This document shows positions 1 through 9,927 of a stretch of DNA of 64,000 nucleotides, piece by piece. This stretch comes from an uncultured Myxococcales bacterium (GTDB taxonomy: Bacteria > Myxococcota > UBA727 > VGSZ01). The notes below the pieces were generated by a model. That model was not told the origin of the DNA. It was given only the letters and a program-made list of their open reading frames with translations, and did no database searches. The position numbers were made by a program, and so were the translations under genes. Positions within the stretch are counted from its first letter, which is position 1; each line of letters starts with the position of its first letter. The stretch is taken from NCBI GenBank assembly GCA_964580865.1, contig CAZONM010000001.1, positions 2,825-66,824 of the forward strand. Reading direction: 5' to 3'.

Positions 1-143
1 TCGGCGAGGCCGGCGCCAAGAACGCCGGGCTGTTCGCCGCCGCCATCCTGGCCCTCCACGACGAGGCGCTCGCCGCTCGCCTCGAAGCGCTGCGCGCCCG
101 GCAGACGGCCGACGCGCGCGCCAGCCGACCGGCGCGGGCCTGA
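1..143 (+). CDS. purE: N5-carboxyaminoimidazole ribonucleotide mutase PurE, C-terminal fragment (5' end outside window)
   Basis: Frame-1 translation ...GEAGAKNAGLFAAAILALHDEALAARLEALRARQ... matches the conserved PurE C-terminus; it sits immediately upstream of purK with an 8-nt gap, the classical purEK arrangement. Confidence 0.6.
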   Translation, partial: GEAGAKNAGLFAAAILALHDEALAARLEALRARQTADARASRPARA

Positions 144-150
144 GGCGCGC

Positions 151-1311
151 ATGGGGCGCACCGATCCCATCACCCCCGGCAAGACCATCGGCATCCTCGG
201 CGGCGGCCAGCTCGGGCGCATGTTCGCCATCGCCGCGCGCCGCATGGGCTATCGCGTGCACGCGCTCGACCCGGCGCCCGACTGCCCCACGGGCCAGGTG
301 GCCGACGTGGAGTGGAGCGCCGCCTACGACGACGTCGACACCGCGCTCAAGTTCGCGCGCGCCGTTGACGTGGTCACCTTCGAATTCGAGAACGTGCCCT
401 ACGAGACCTTGCAGCGCGTGGCCGAGGTGGTGCCCGTGCACCCGGCGCCGCTCGTCCTCGACACCACGCGGCACCGCCTGCGCGAGAAGACCTTCCTGCA
501 GACCCACGGCTTCCCGGTGGCGCCCTTCCGCGCCGTGCAATCGCAGGACGACCTGCGCGCCGCCGTGGCCCACCTCGGCACGCCGTGCATCCTGAAGACC
601 GCCACCTTCGGCTACGACGGCAAGGGCCAGACGCGCATCGACGACCCCGCGCAGTCCGACGAGGCGTGGCGGAAGCTCGGGCAGCCCATGGGCGTGCTCG
701 AGGGCTTCGTGCGCTTCGCCTGCGAGCTGAGCGTCATCGTGGCGCGCGCCCGCACCGGCGAGGTGGTGGTGTTCCCGGTGGCCGAGAACGCGCACGCGCG
801 CCACATCCTCGACGTCACCGTGGTGCCCGCACGCGTGCCCGAGGCGACGCGCCGCGCGGCCGTGGAGCTGGCGGTGGCGGTGGCGAAGTCGCTCGACCTC
901 GTGGGCGTGCTCGCGGTGGAGCTGTTCTGGCTCAAGGACGAGAGCGTGGCCGGCGCGCTCCTCGTGAACGAGCTGGCGCCGCGGCCGCACAACTCGGGGC
1001 ACTTCAGCATCGACGCCTGCGTCACGAGCCAGTTCGAGCAGCAGCTGCGCGCCGTGTGCGGCCTGCCGCTCGGCGACGTGGAGCTGTTGCGCCCCGTGGC
1101 CATGGCGAACCTGCTTGGCGACGAGTGGGCGAAGGGCGAGCCGCGCTGGGAGCGCGCCCTGGCCGTGCCCGACGTGAAGCTGCACCTCTACGGCAAGACC
1201 GAGGCGCGCCCGGGCAGAAAGATGGGCCACCTCACGGCCATGGCGGCGAGCGCCGACGAGGCGGAGCAGAAGGTGCGCGCGGCGCGCGCGGCGTTGGCGC
1301 CAGCCTCGTGA
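151..1311 (+). CDS. purK: N5-carboxyaminoimidazole ribonucleotide synthase PurK (ATP-grasp)
   Basis: 386-aa ORF; N-terminal GILGGGQLGRM Rossmann/ATP-grasp motif, a PurK-like length and NELAPRPHNSGH motif. Confidence 0.9.
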   Translation: MGRTDPITPGKTIGILGGGQLGRMFAIAARRMGYRVHALDPAPDCPTGQVADVEWSAAYDDVDTALKFARAVDVVTFEFENVPYETLQRVAEVVPVHPAPLVLDTTRHRLREKTFLQTHGFPVAPFRAVQSQDDLRAAVAHLGTPCILKTATFGYDGKGQTRIDDPAQSDEAWRKLGQPMGVLEGFVRFACELSVIVARARTGEVVVFPVAENAHARHILDVTVVPARVPEATRRAAVELAVAVAKSLDLVGVLAVELFWLKDESVAGALLVNELAPRPHNSGHFSIDACVTSQFEQQLRAVCGLPLGDVELLRPVAMANLLGDEWAKGEPRWERALAVPDVKLHLYGKTEARPGRKMGHLTAMAASADEAEQKVRAARAALAPAS

Positions 1312-1676
1312 GCTCCGGCGCCGCACGCGCGGCTCACGGTGGATCAGCGCGACGAGTGTTCATCCGCCGGGACCATCGAGGCGAGGCGCTGCGTGCAGCT
1401 CCCCGAGCTTGGCGAGGTCGCGTGCGACGACGTCGACGGGCGCTTCAGCGCGCGTGATGGTCGCTGCGCCGCGGCGGCGACGGGGCCTCCGGTGCAGCTT
1501 CGTGCTCGCCACGGTCACCGGTCCCTGCGTTCAAGGGGTGTCCACCGGCCTCGACGGTGGGTCACCATCACGGCAGCGAGGTGCCCAGCGGAGCGGCCAC
1601 CGCGGTGACCGCAGCGATGGTCGAGCCGAGCGCGGCACCCGTTGCGACGGCGGCTCGACCGCGCTCTACCCACGCG

Positions 1677-2291
1677 ATGATCGCGATGGCCCTGACGCTC
1701 TTCTTCGCGCTGGCCGCTCCTCCCGCGGCCGAGCCAGCGCCGAAGGCACCAGGACCGAGCCCCGCGGCCCCGTGGCGCGCGCCGGAGCCCGGGGACTGTG
1801 ACCGCGAGATCGGCATCGAGCCCGTCGCCGTGTACGAGGTGAGGGACCCGAAGGACCCCACCGTGAACCTGCGCCGCGATCCGAACGGCGCGGTGACCGA
1901 CGCGCTGCCCAACGGCAGCCAGGTCCTGTTGCTGGAGCGCACGAAGAGCGACCCGTGGCTGCTCGTGCTCGCGGCGCGGCCTGCGGTCGAGTCGACGGGG
2001 TTTCTGCGACGCGAGTGGATCGTGAAGGGGTCGCGCGGCCTACGCCTACAGTCGCCGTCGACGACCGTCTTCGAGCTGCCGCTGCATGGCCTCGCCGATG
2101 ACGGTGCGCCCATCGTGCGCACCGTCCGCACCGGCAGCAGCGTGACCGTGCTGCAGGAGCAGGGCGCCTGGACCCGCGCGCTCGTGCGCGAGGAGCCAAC
2201 GAACATCAAGGGCTTCATCCACGAGAGCCGCCTTCACCTCGTCCACACGCGCCCGCGCACCGGCGCGTGCGACCACGACGTCACGCCCTGA
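1677..2291 (+). CDS. secreted SH3b-domain protein (hypothetical)
   Basis: ORF 1557..2291; the best start is ATG at 1677, giving the signal peptide MIAMALTLFFALAAPPAA; bacterial SH3-like segments (VNLRRDPNGAVTDALPNGSQVLLLE; VRTVRTGSSVTVLQEQGAWTRAL). Confidence 0.5.
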   Translation: MIAMALTLFFALAAPPAAEPAPKAPGPSPAAPWRAPEPGDCDREIGIEPVAVYEVRDPKDPTVNLRRDPNGAVTDALPNGSQVLLLERTKSDPWLLVLAARPAVESTGFLRREWIVKGSRGLRLQSPSTTVFELPLHGLADDGAPIVRTVRTGSSVTVLQEQGAWTRALVREEPTNIKGFIHESRLHLVHTRPRTGACDHDVTP

Positions 2292-2360
2292 CGAACGCGG
2301 CCATCGGCCGGCGCGCACGCTCGCGACGGAGCCGAGGTGACCGAGTGGTACTAGCTCCGG

Positions 2361-2384
2361 GCACGAACGGGCGGACGTTCGTGC
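2361..2384 (+). terminator. perfect 9-bp stem hairpin (GCACGAACG-ggcgga-CGTTCGTGC) downstream of the SH3b gene; possible intrinsic terminator without a U-tract
   Basis: Inverted repeat read directly in the 138-nt intergenic region between 2291 and 2430. Confidence 0.3.
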
Positions 2385-2429
2385 GACCGCACGGATGATC
2401 GCGCGCCGGCGCTGCGCTATGCGCGGCCC

Positions 2430-3389
2430 ATGCTGTCCACCGCGCTCGCGCTCTCCCTCGCGTTCACCGCCGCCAACCCCATCACCGTCGACGTGGACGC
2501 GCGCGACATCGGCAAGCGCATCGTGCATGCGAAGGTCGTCATCCCCGCGAGCCCGGGCCCGCTCTCCCTCAGCTACCCGAAGTGGCTGCCGGGGAACCAC
2601 GCGCCCACCGGGCCGCTCAACGGCGTGGTGAACCTGCGCCTCACGAGCGGGGGCGTGCAGCTGCCCTGGCGCCGCGACGCCGTCGAGATGTTCACGCTGC
2701 ACGTGGACGTCCCCGCGGGGGCAAGCGCCGTGGAGGCCAGCTTCGACTACGTCGAGGACGCCGCCGGCTCGACCACCTTCACCGAGAACACCGCCGTGCT
2801 CCTGCCGAACACCGTGGTGCTGGTGCCCGGCGGCGCGCGCACCGACGACCTGCGCGCCCGCGCTCGCGTCACGCTGCCGGCGGGCTGGGGCTATGGCAGC
2901 GGCATGCTGGCCGTGAAGCGCAGCGGTGACGTCGTGGAGTTCGAGGAGCTCTCCCTCACGATGCTGGTGGACTCGCCCATCGCCATGGGGCGCTACCACC
3001 GCCGCATCGCGCTCGGCGACAAGCACAGCATCTTCCTCGTGGCCGACTCCGCCGGCGCGCTCGAGGTCCCGGCCGACACCATCACGCAGTGGAAGCAGCT
3101 CGTGGCCGAGGCGGGCGTCACCCCGGGCATGACGCTCGTGGCCGTGAATGGTCGGCGCGACAGCCCCGAGGTGATGGACGCCGCGCTCCTCGCCGCGCGC
3201 AAGGACAAGGCGCCCCTCGAGCTCCTCGTCGAGAACGCCGGCTTCTTTCGCACCGTCAAGGCGGACTACCACGACGGCGCGCGCTACCCGGTGCTGGCGC
3301 GGGACCCCAAGCGGCCCGACGTGCTCACGAAGATCCTGGCGCCCCGCACGCCGCACGCGCCGCGCACGCCCAAGGCCCCGAAGAAGTAG
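2430..3389 (+). CDS. M61-peptidase-like N-terminal domain fused to a C-terminal PDZ domain, with no HExxH catalytic motif (hypothetical)
   Basis: 319-aa ORF; the N-terminal ~200 aa resemble the non-catalytic N-domain of M61 glycyl aminopeptidases (LSYPKWLPGNHAPTGP...), and the C-terminus is PDZ-like (GMTLVAVNGRRDSPEVMDAALLAARKDKAPLELLVENAGF); no HExxH anywhere. Confidence 0.45.
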   Translation: MLSTALALSLAFTAANPITVDVDARDIGKRIVHAKVVIPASPGPLSLSYPKWLPGNHAPTGPLNGVVNLRLTSGGVQLPWRRDAVEMFTLHVDVPAGASAVEASFDYVEDAAGSTTFTENTAVLLPNTVVLVPGGARTDDLRARARVTLPAGWGYGSGMLAVKRSGDVVEFEELSLTMLVDSPIAMGRYHRRIALGDKHSIFLVADSAGALEVPADTITQWKQLVAEAGVTPGMTLVAVNGRRDSPEVMDAALLAARKDKAPLELLVENAGFFRTVKADYHDGARYPVLARDPKRPDVLTKILAPRTPHAPRTPKAPKK

Positions 3390-3430
3390 GGATTCTCGAC
3401 GACGCCGCGGACCCGGCGTAAGGTCCCTTC

Positions 3431-4534
3431 ATGTTGGCGCGTGGGACCGGGGTGTTGGTGGCGGCGCTCATCGCGGCCTGCGCGTCCGCGCCACCGCCAC
3501 CGCCGCCGCCGCCGCCGCCGCCCGTGCAGGCGCCCGAGCCCGAGCCCGAGCCGGACCCTGCGCCCCAGACCTGGGAGCAGGCCGTCGAGAAGTGGGGCCA
3601 CCAGTGTCCGGGGCCCTTCTTCACGCTGCCCGAGAAGACGACGGTGCAGGCGGCCGGGCGCACCTTCGAGATCGAGGGCAGCACGCTGCGCCTCGTGTCG
3701 GGCGGCGGCGCCTGGAAGGGGCCGCTCAAGATCGGCGTGCTCGGGGCCATCAAGGACGCCGAGTACAAGACCAAGCAGAACATCCAGAAGGCGGCGCGCG
3801 AGTTCAAGAAGCTCGGCGTGCACATCGTGGTGGCCAACGGCGACCTCATCGGCGACGAGGCCGGCGACCTCGCCAAGGTCGCCAAGATGCTCGGCGACAC
3901 CATCAAGGTCCCGATCTTCGTGCACTCGGGCAACTACGAGTGGACCAGCGCCTTCACCGAGACCTTCAACGGCCAAGGCGGCGCGTACCCCCACATCTTC
4001 AACATGAACCTGCTGCGCCACGTGGACCTCGGCGGCGTGCACCTGTTCTCGTTGCCGGGCTGGAGCGTGCGGCAGTTCGTCAAGCCCGCTGCCTGCTACT
4101 ACGACAGTGACGAGGTGAAGGCGCTCGAGGAGCAGCTGCGCCCCGTGGTGCAGAAGGGCGAGACCGTGGTGCTGCTGGCGCACGGACCGCCGCGCGGGCG
4201 CGGCAAGCAGTCGCTCGACTTCGCCGCCAGCGCCGGCAACGTGGGCGACGAGCACCTGCAGCGCATGCTGCGCGACGTGCCCGTGAAGTTCGGCATCTTC
4301 TCGCACATCCTCGAGGCCGGCGGGCGCGCCACTACCGACGTGGAGCGCCAGCCGCCCCTCAAGCTGCCCCTGCGCCGGCCCGTCGACAAGCTCTACATCA
4401 ACGCCGGCAGCGCCAGCGCCTTCGGCTGGCAGATGCTCGACAAGAAGACCTCGCACGGCATGGCCGCGGTGGTCGTCGTCGACGACATCGCGGGTGGCGG
4501 CAACGCGCGCGTGAGCTTCTTGAAGCTGCGCTGA
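3431..4534 (+). CDS. calcineurin-like metallophosphoesterase lipoprotein
   Basis: Lipobox LIAACAS, a P11 linker, then metallophosphoesterase motifs (VVANGDLIGD, GNYEW, LLAHGPPRG, GDEHL, FSHILEAG). Confidence 0.7.
   Translation: MLARGTGVLVAALIAACASAPPPPPPPPPPPVQAPEPEPEPDPAPQTWEQAVEKWGHQCPGPFFTLPEKTTVQAAGRTFEIEGSTLRLVSGGGAWKGPLKIGVLGAIKDAEYKTKQNIQKAAREFKKLGVHIVVANGDLIGDEAGDLAKVAKMLGDTIKVPIFVHSGNYEWTSAFTETFNGQGGAYPHIFNMNLLRHVDLGGVHLFSLPGWSVRQFVKPAACYYDSDEVKALEEQLRPVVQKGETVVLLAHGPPRGRGKQSLDFAASAGNVGDEHLQRMLRDVPVKFGIFSHILEAGGRATTDVERQPPLKLPLRRPVDKLYINAGSASAFGWQMLDKKTSHGMAAVVVVDDIAGGGNARVSFLKLR
3491..3524 (+). repeat. (CCG/CCA)11 trinucleotide tract encoding a poly-proline linker
   Basis: Seen directly in the sequence inside the phosphoesterase gene. 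Confidence 0.8.
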
Positions 4535-4540
4535 TCGTCG

Positions 4541-5443
4541 ATGCGTGGGTCACTCGCCATCGCCGGGGCCGCGTGCTTGTGGGGGCTGTGGAGTCTGTTC
4601 TATCGGAGCGCCGAGCATGCGGCGCGCGCCACCCCCGTCTCGGCCGCGGCCGAGTCGTTCGTCGTCCTCGGCGTCATGCTGGTGGCGCTGTTGCCGCGCG
4701 CCGTCCACGACGCAACGCGGGCGCCGCGCCGATCGCCACGCGCCTGGGCCGCGCTGGCGTTCGCCGGCCTGCTCGACGGCGGGAACTTCCTCTGCTTCCT
4801 CGCAGCCATGCAGAAGACCACCGTGACCATCGCGGTGCTCACCCATTACCTCGCCCCGCTCGTCGTCGCGGCGCTCGCGCCGGTGGTCCTGCGGGAGCGC
4901 TGGCGGCTTGGCACGTTCGGCGCGACCCTGGTGGCCGTGGCGGGCCTCGCGTTGCTGCTGCGCCCGTGGGCGCAGACGCTGTCGGCCGGTGACGTGACCG
5001 GTGCGCTGTTCGGCGCGGCGTCCGCGCTCTGCTACGGCGGCAGCGTGGTGGTGCAGAAGGGTCTGGCTGCGCGCTTCTCTCCCTTCGAGCTCGGTGCGTT
5101 CAGCAAGCCCCCCGCGCTGGCGGTCTCGGCGCTGGCGCTCGGGAGCGCATCCGCGCTCGCGCTCGAGCTCGAGCCGCTCGCGTGGCTGGTCGCGGGCGGG
5201 GTGCTGTGCGGCGCGATCCCCTTGGTGTTGTTCTTCACGGGTCTTCGAAGGACGGCGGCCAGCCGCGCAGCCGTGCTCACGCTCTGCGAGCCCGTGGTCG
5301 CGATGGCGGTCGGCGCGCTCGTGTGGCGCGAGCCGCTCGGGTGGTGGAGCGCGGCCGGGTCCGCGCTCATCCTGGGCGCCGCGGCGTGGATCGCGCGCGG
5401 CGAGGGCGGCGCTCAGCCGACGCCGCGCCGCGCCGTCGGCTGA
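4541..5443 (+). CDS. EamA/DMT-family membrane transporter
   Basis: 300-aa polytopic hydrophobic protein with two EamA-like halves (GLWSLFYR..., conserved G-rich TM segments). Confidence 0.55.
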   Translation: MRGSLAIAGAACLWGLWSLFYRSAEHAARATPVSAAAESFVVLGVMLVALLPRAVHDATRAPRRSPRAWAALAFAGLLDGGNFLCFLAAMQKTTVTIAVLTHYLAPLVVAALAPVVLRERWRLGTFGATLVAVAGLALLLRPWAQTLSAGDVTGALFGAASALCYGGSVVVQKGLAARFSPFELGAFSKPPALAVSALALGSASALALELEPLAWLVAGGVLCGAIPLVLFFTGLRRTAASRAAVLTLCEPVVAMAVGALVWREPLGWWSAAGSALILGAAAWIARGEGGAQPTPRRAVG

Positions 5444-5448
5444 CCCCG

Positions 5449-5955
5449 TCACTTGGTGCGGCGCCGCGAGGGCTTCTTCTCCCGAGCGCATGCCTTGGCC
5501 TGTGCCGCGACCGCGCTCGCGAAGCGCGTGAGGAAACGCTCGAGCTCGTCGATGGCGGTGGGGTCCATGTCGGCGAGCGCGACCTCCATTGCGGCCTCGA
5601 CGGTGCCTGGGGTCTTCACGTCCAAGCGCCGACCGCGCGGCGTGAGCACGATGGCCGTACGCCGCGCGTCGTCGGACGCCACGCGCCGCTCGAGGTAGCC
5701 GAGCTCCTCGAGCCGCTGGATGTGCCCCGTCATCGTGCTCGCGTCGAGGTGCAGGAAGGCGGCCAGCTCTCCCGCGGCGATGTGCGGGCGCCGTCCGATG
5801 ACGCGCAGCACGAGCCGCTGCGGGCCGGTGAGCCCGAGGTGGCTGCCCATCGCGCGCGACAGCTGTTGCATGGCGTGGTCGACGGCCCAGACCTGCCGCA
5901 GCAGCTCGAGCGCGCGCCCCAGGGGCTGCTTCTCGACGATCGGGTCGTCGAACAT
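5449..5955 (-). CDS. MarR-family transcriptional regulator
   Basis: ORF 5449..6084; the likely start is Met44 (ATG at 5955, MFDDPIVEK...); winged HTH LTGPQRLVLRVIGRRPHIAAGELAAFLHLDASTMTGHIQRLEELGYLER. Confidence 0.7.
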   Translation of the reverse strand: MFDDPIVEKQPLGRALELLRQVWAVDHAMQQLSRAMGSHLGLTGPQRLVLRVIGRRPHIAAGELAAFLHLDASTMTGHIQRLEELGYLERRVASDDARRTAIVLTPRGRRLDVKTPGTVEAAMEVALADMDPTAIDELERFLTRFASAVAAQAKACAREKKPSRRRTK

Positions 5956-6092
5956 GAGCGATCCTCCTGGCGCGGCAGGGCGCCAACGATTGCTTCGGTA
6001 CCAAAGGAACCGGTCGGCGGGAAGGCACCACTCCGAGCAGACCGCGTCGCCCGCCGCCCATCGACCAGGGCCAGCCGGCCGCACACGCCCCG

Positions 6093-7736
6093 GTGCGGCC
6101 CGGCATCGGCGAGGGTCACCGCGTGCACGCTGAGCTCGCCGTCGTCACCCTCTTCGCCGTCGCCTCCATCGTCGCGCTCATCGCCAAGCGCTTCCGCCTG
6201 CCGTACACGGTCGCGCTCGTGGTCGCGGGCTTGACGCTCGGCTCCATCGATGTCGTCGACCCGCCGCAGCTCACCAAGGATCTGCTGTACGCGGTGTTCC
6301 TGCCGGGCCTGCTCTTCGAGGCGTCCTTCCACCTCGAGCTCAGGAAGTTCTGGTCGAACCGCCTCGCCATCCACGCGCTCGCCGTGCCCGGCGTCGTCGC
6401 CAGCATCCTGTTCACGGCGGCCCTGTTCACGCCCGTCGCCGATGTGCTCCACCTGGCGGCGAACGTCCGCTTCGTCGACGGGCTCGTCTTCGCCGCCATC
6501 CTGGCGGCGACCGATCCCATCGCGGTGGTGTCGCTGTTCAAGAGCCTGGGTGCGCCCAAGCGCCTCGCCGTCCTCATCGAGGGCGAGAGCCTGTTCAACG
6601 ACGGCACCGCCGTGGTGCTGGTGGGCATCATCCTGGTGCTCGCCACCGGCGGCTCGATGTCGGTCGCGAGCGCCAGCCTCCAGTTCCTGTTCGTGGTGGG
6701 GGTGGGCGGGCTCATCGGCGCCGGCATCGGCTACGCCATCAGCCTCGTGATCCAACGGGTGGACGACCCGATGATCGAGATCACCCTCACCACCATCGCG
6801 GCGTGGGGGTCGTTCATGGTCGCCGAGCAGGTGCACGCGTCCGGCGTCATCGCCACGGTGGCCGCCGGCATGATCTGCGGCAACTTCGGCAAGCGCACCG
6901 GCATGTCGCCCTCCACCATCGTCGCCACCGAGACCTTCTGGGAGTACATCGCGTTCGCGCTCAACTCGATCGTGTTCCTGCTCATCGGCTTCGAGGTGCA
7001 CGTCGACGACATCGTGGCCAGCTGGCTGCCCATCGTGGTCGCCTGGCTCGCCGTCACGGGCGCCCGGGCCGTGGTCGTCTATGGGGTGGCCGGGCTCCTG
7101 CGCAGGACGAAGGAGCGCATGCCGTGGTCGTGGGCCGGCATCCTCGCCTGGGGCGGGCTGCGCGGCGGGCTGTCGATGGTGCTGGTCCTCTCGCTCGTGA
7201 CCGACTTCCCGCACCGGCAGTTCCTCATCACCGTCACCTTCGGCGTGGTGCTGCTGTCCATCCTCTTGCAAGGGCTGAGCATCGGGCCCGCGCTCAAGAA
7301 GCTCGGCGTCATCGGGGGCCGCGCCGATCGGCTGGAGCTCGAGGGCACCCGAGCGGCGCTCGCGGCCGCCACCGCGGCGCGCGACGAGATCGAGACGCTG
7401 ACGGCGACGCACGGCATCCCCGGCGTCGTCGTCGAGGAGCTGCGCGCGGAGTATCAGCGGCGCCTGTCGGAGGCGGACGCCAAGGTGCGTGCGTCGCACC
7501 TGGAGCAGCAGGCCGTCATCGACGAGGAGCGCCGGCGGGCGCGCCGACACCTGCTGATGGTCGAGCGCGCCCGCGTGCGCGACCTGCTGCACGAGGGCCT
7601 GCTCAGCGAGGAGGCGGCGCAACCGCTCTTGGCTGACATCGACGCACGCCTGATGGATCTGGACGAGCCGAGCCTGCCGCCGCCGCCGACCTCGTCACCC
7701 ACTCCGCCGCCGTCGGCCGCGCTCCACGCGAGCTGA
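6093..7736 (+). CDS. Na+/H+ antiporter, CPA1/NhaP type, with a C-terminal cytoplasmic regulatory domain
   Basis: 547 aa; ~12 TM helices with CPA1 motifs (FLPGLLFEASF, ATDPIAVVSLF, ESLFNDGTAVV); start codon uncertain (an alternative GTG lies near 6121). Confidence 0.8.
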   Translation: MRPGIGEGHRVHAELAVVTLFAVASIVALIAKRFRLPYTVALVVAGLTLGSIDVVDPPQLTKDLLYAVFLPGLLFEASFHLELRKFWSNRLAIHALAVPGVVASILFTAALFTPVADVLHLAANVRFVDGLVFAAILAATDPIAVVSLFKSLGAPKRLAVLIEGESLFNDGTAVVLVGIILVLATGGSMSVASASLQFLFVVGVGGLIGAGIGYAISLVIQRVDDPMIEITLTTIAAWGSFMVAEQVHASGVIATVAAGMICGNFGKRTGMSPSTIVATETFWEYIAFALNSIVFLLIGFEVHVDDIVASWLPIVVAWLAVTGARAVVVYGVAGLLRRTKERMPWSWAGILAWGGLRGGLSMVLVLSLVTDFPHRQFLITVTFGVVLLSILLQGLSIGPALKKLGVIGGRADRLELEGTRAALAAATAARDEIETLTATHGIPGVVVEELRAEYQRRLSEADAKVRASHLEQQAVIDEERRRARRHLLMVERARVRDLLHEGLLSEEAAQPLLADIDARLMDLDEPSLPPPPTSSPTPPPSAALHAS

Positions 7737-7769
7737 GCGGAAACCCAAGCGCTCGCGGGTGGAGGCACC

Positions 7770-9092
7770 TCAGGCCGGCGTGGACGGGCCCACGGGTGTC
7801 GTCGCCGCCTCGCTCGCCGGCGGAGCAGCGGTCTCGCTCCTTGGCGGAGCAGCGGCAGCTTCGCTCGCAGGCGCCGCCAGGTACCCGCGAAACAGCCGAC
7901 CGAGCGCCCGCTCGACGAAGGGACGCTCGCGAAACAGCGTCAACAGCGCCGCGAGCGTGATGGTGAACAGCACGCAGCCAAAGACCGTCGCCTCGATGGT
8001 GGCGCCCTCCACCACGCCGGCCTGGGACGGGACCGCGGCGAGCACGGCGGCGGCCAAGCCCTTTGGCACCATCGCCGCCGCGATCTTGGCGTCCGCGCTC
8101 GTGGTCGTCGACGCGCGCAAGCTGAGCCGCACCACGAGCGGCCGCAGCAGGAACATCGCCACGGTGGCGAGGCCGCCAAAGACGAAAGGCTGGTAGCCGT
8201 CGAGCTTCAGGGCTGCGCCGAGGTAGACGAAGAAGAGCACCTTGAGGAAGAACGCCGACTCCGACAGGAAGGTGCGCTCCCCTTCCGTGAGCGCGAGCTC
8301 ACGCGCGTAGGGCTTGTTGGCGGCGAAGGTGTCGACGTTGCCAAGGACGATGCCGAAGGCGAGCACGGCGATGGCGCCGAAGGTCCCCACCGCCTCTGCG
8401 GCTGCGAACACCAGGAAGACCGCGGCGCCCATGGCGAGCAGGCTGGCGCGCCGGGCGCGCAGCGCGCGCAGCCCGAACGCCCAGCCGCCCGCCGCCGCGC
8501 CGCCGATGACCACGGCGCCCACGAATGACCAGGCCAGGTCGAAGGCGATGATCTTCGGCTGCAGCTCGCCCGCGACCAGCACGCCGGTCAATGCCAGCGT
8601 GACGACGATGCACAGCACATCGGAGACGGCGCTCTCGAGGGTGAGCACGGTGCGGGTCTTTGGTTGCAGCGGTAACAGGGCCACCATGGGGATGACCACG
8701 GCCGAGGAGGTGCCGCCGAGGATCGCGCCGAGGCAGAGGGCCGCGAGCGGCCGCATGCCAATGAGCGCCCAGCCGAGCACCCCCATCACCGCCATCGTCG
8801 CCAGGAAGTTGGCGAAGGTCAGGATGGTGGAGGGCGCGAGCGCCTCGCGTAGCTCCTGCACGCGCAGCCGGCTCGCGCCCTCGAACAGGATGAGGACGAG
8901 CGCGGCCGTGGTGAAGGTGCGGTCAATGCCCTTCAGATCGGCGACGTCGAACACGCCGCTCATCGAGGCGACCAGCCCGAGCAGCAAGAGCACGAGGACA
9001 TCGGGGACGCCGGTGCGGCGAAACAGCTCCTCGAGCGCCATGCCGACGACGACGAGGCCGGCGAGGACGGCCAGGATGACGGTCGCGCTCAT
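7770..9092 (-). CDS. cation/H+ antiporter (CPA1/NhaP-like)
   Basis: 440-aa polytopic protein, Na+/H+ exchanger-like (ILFEGASRL, LESAVSDVLCIV); convergent with the preceding antiporter. Confidence 0.7.
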   Translation of the reverse strand: MSATVILAVLAGLVVVGMALEELFRRTGVPDVLVLLLLGLVASMSGVFDVADLKGIDRTFTTAALVLILFEGASRLRVQELREALAPSTILTFANFLATMAVMGVLGWALIGMRPLAALCLGAILGGTSSAVVIPMVALLPLQPKTRTVLTLESAVSDVLCIVVTLALTGVLVAGELQPKIIAFDLAWSFVGAVVIGGAAAGGWAFGLRALRARRASLLAMGAAVFLVFAAAEAVGTFGAIAVLAFGIVLGNVDTFAANKPYARELALTEGERTFLSESAFFLKVLFFVYLGAALKLDGYQPFVFGGLATVAMFLLRPLVVRLSLRASTTTSADAKIAAAMVPKGLAAAVLAAVPSQAGVVEGATIEATVFGCVLFTITLAALLTLFRERPFVERALGRLFRGYLAAPASEAAAAPPRSETAAPPASEAATTPVGPSTPA

Positions 9093-9174
9093 GACGTGAC
9101 GCCTCCCTTCACGCGAGGACGATGACGCCCTGGACAGGGGCGCGGCGGCCGGGACCTGCTCGGGACGTACCGAC

Positions 9175-9927
9175 TCACGCCGCTCCCCTCCGCAGCGCGA
9201 TCAGCCGCTCGAGCAATCGATCGACGTCCTCCTGCGCGCCCACGAAGTAGGGCGCCGCGGACCTGCGCGCGCGGCCGACCCGAGCGGCGACCAAAGGATG
9301 ATCGCCCGACAGCGCGAACACGTCCTCGTCCGTCACGTCGTCGCCGAGATACAGTGCGGCGGCTGGTTGCAGTGCGTCCCACAGATGGAGCAACGCGTCG
9401 CCCTTGTGTTGCGCGGCTGCGGGCAGCACGTTGACGACGTGGTGACCGCTCATGGTGCGCAGGTCGCGCGGCAGCACCTCGAGGGCCGCGCGGATCCGGG
9501 CGAGGGCCGCGCGCGGATCGTGCGCGTTGCGGTAGTGGATCGACAGCGAGTAGCGCTTGTCCTCGATCTCGACCCCGCGCACGCCGTGGAGCGCGCGCAG
9601 CAGCCGCTCGTGGGTCCGCGCCAACGCGCGCGGCGCGGCGACAATCGCGCCCGGACCCTCCTGCCCGTGGTTGCCGATGACGTGCTCGACGTGGGTGCCG
9701 CGCAGACGGGCCTGCACGTCGCTGCGCGCGCGCCCGGAGATGACCGCGGTCGGGTACAACCCGCTGAGCTGCGCCAGCAACGAGCGCGTGATGGCGGAGA
9801 GCGCAGCCGCATGTCGGTCCGGCACAATGGGCGCGAGCGTGCCGTCGAAGTCGAAGGCGAGCAGGCAGGCGCTGCCGGCGAGCGCCTCCAGGATGCCGGC
9901 GCCGCGGCGCCCCAACAGGTCGATCAT
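9175..9927 (-). CDS. otsB: trehalose-6-phosphate phosphatase OtsB (HAD-IIB)
   Basis: HAD motif FDFDGTLAP, GRARSDV, KGDAL, LGDDVTDEDVF; the start at Met14 (9927) overlaps the otsA stop (ATGA). Confidence 0.8.
   Translation of the reverse strand: MIDLLGRRGAGILEALAGSACLLAFDFDGTLAPIVPDRHAAALSAITRSLLAQLSGLYPTAVISGRARSDVQARLRGTHVEHVIGNHGQEGPGAIVAAPRALARTHERLLRALHGVRGVEIEDKRYSLSIHYRNAHDPRAALARIRAALEVLPRDLRTMSGHHVVNVLPAAAQHKGDALLHLWDALQPAAALYLGDDVTDEDVFALSGDHPLVAARVGRARRSAAPYFVGAQEDVDRLLERLIALRRGAA

Noticed and set aside
2046-7622. Series of long minus-strand ORFs (2046..3356, 3284..4456, 4550..6106, 5730..7622)
   Set aside because: Each overlaps a well-supported + strand gene (M61-like, phosphoesterase, EamA, NhaP) in antisense; translations are Arg/Gly/His-rich nonsense.
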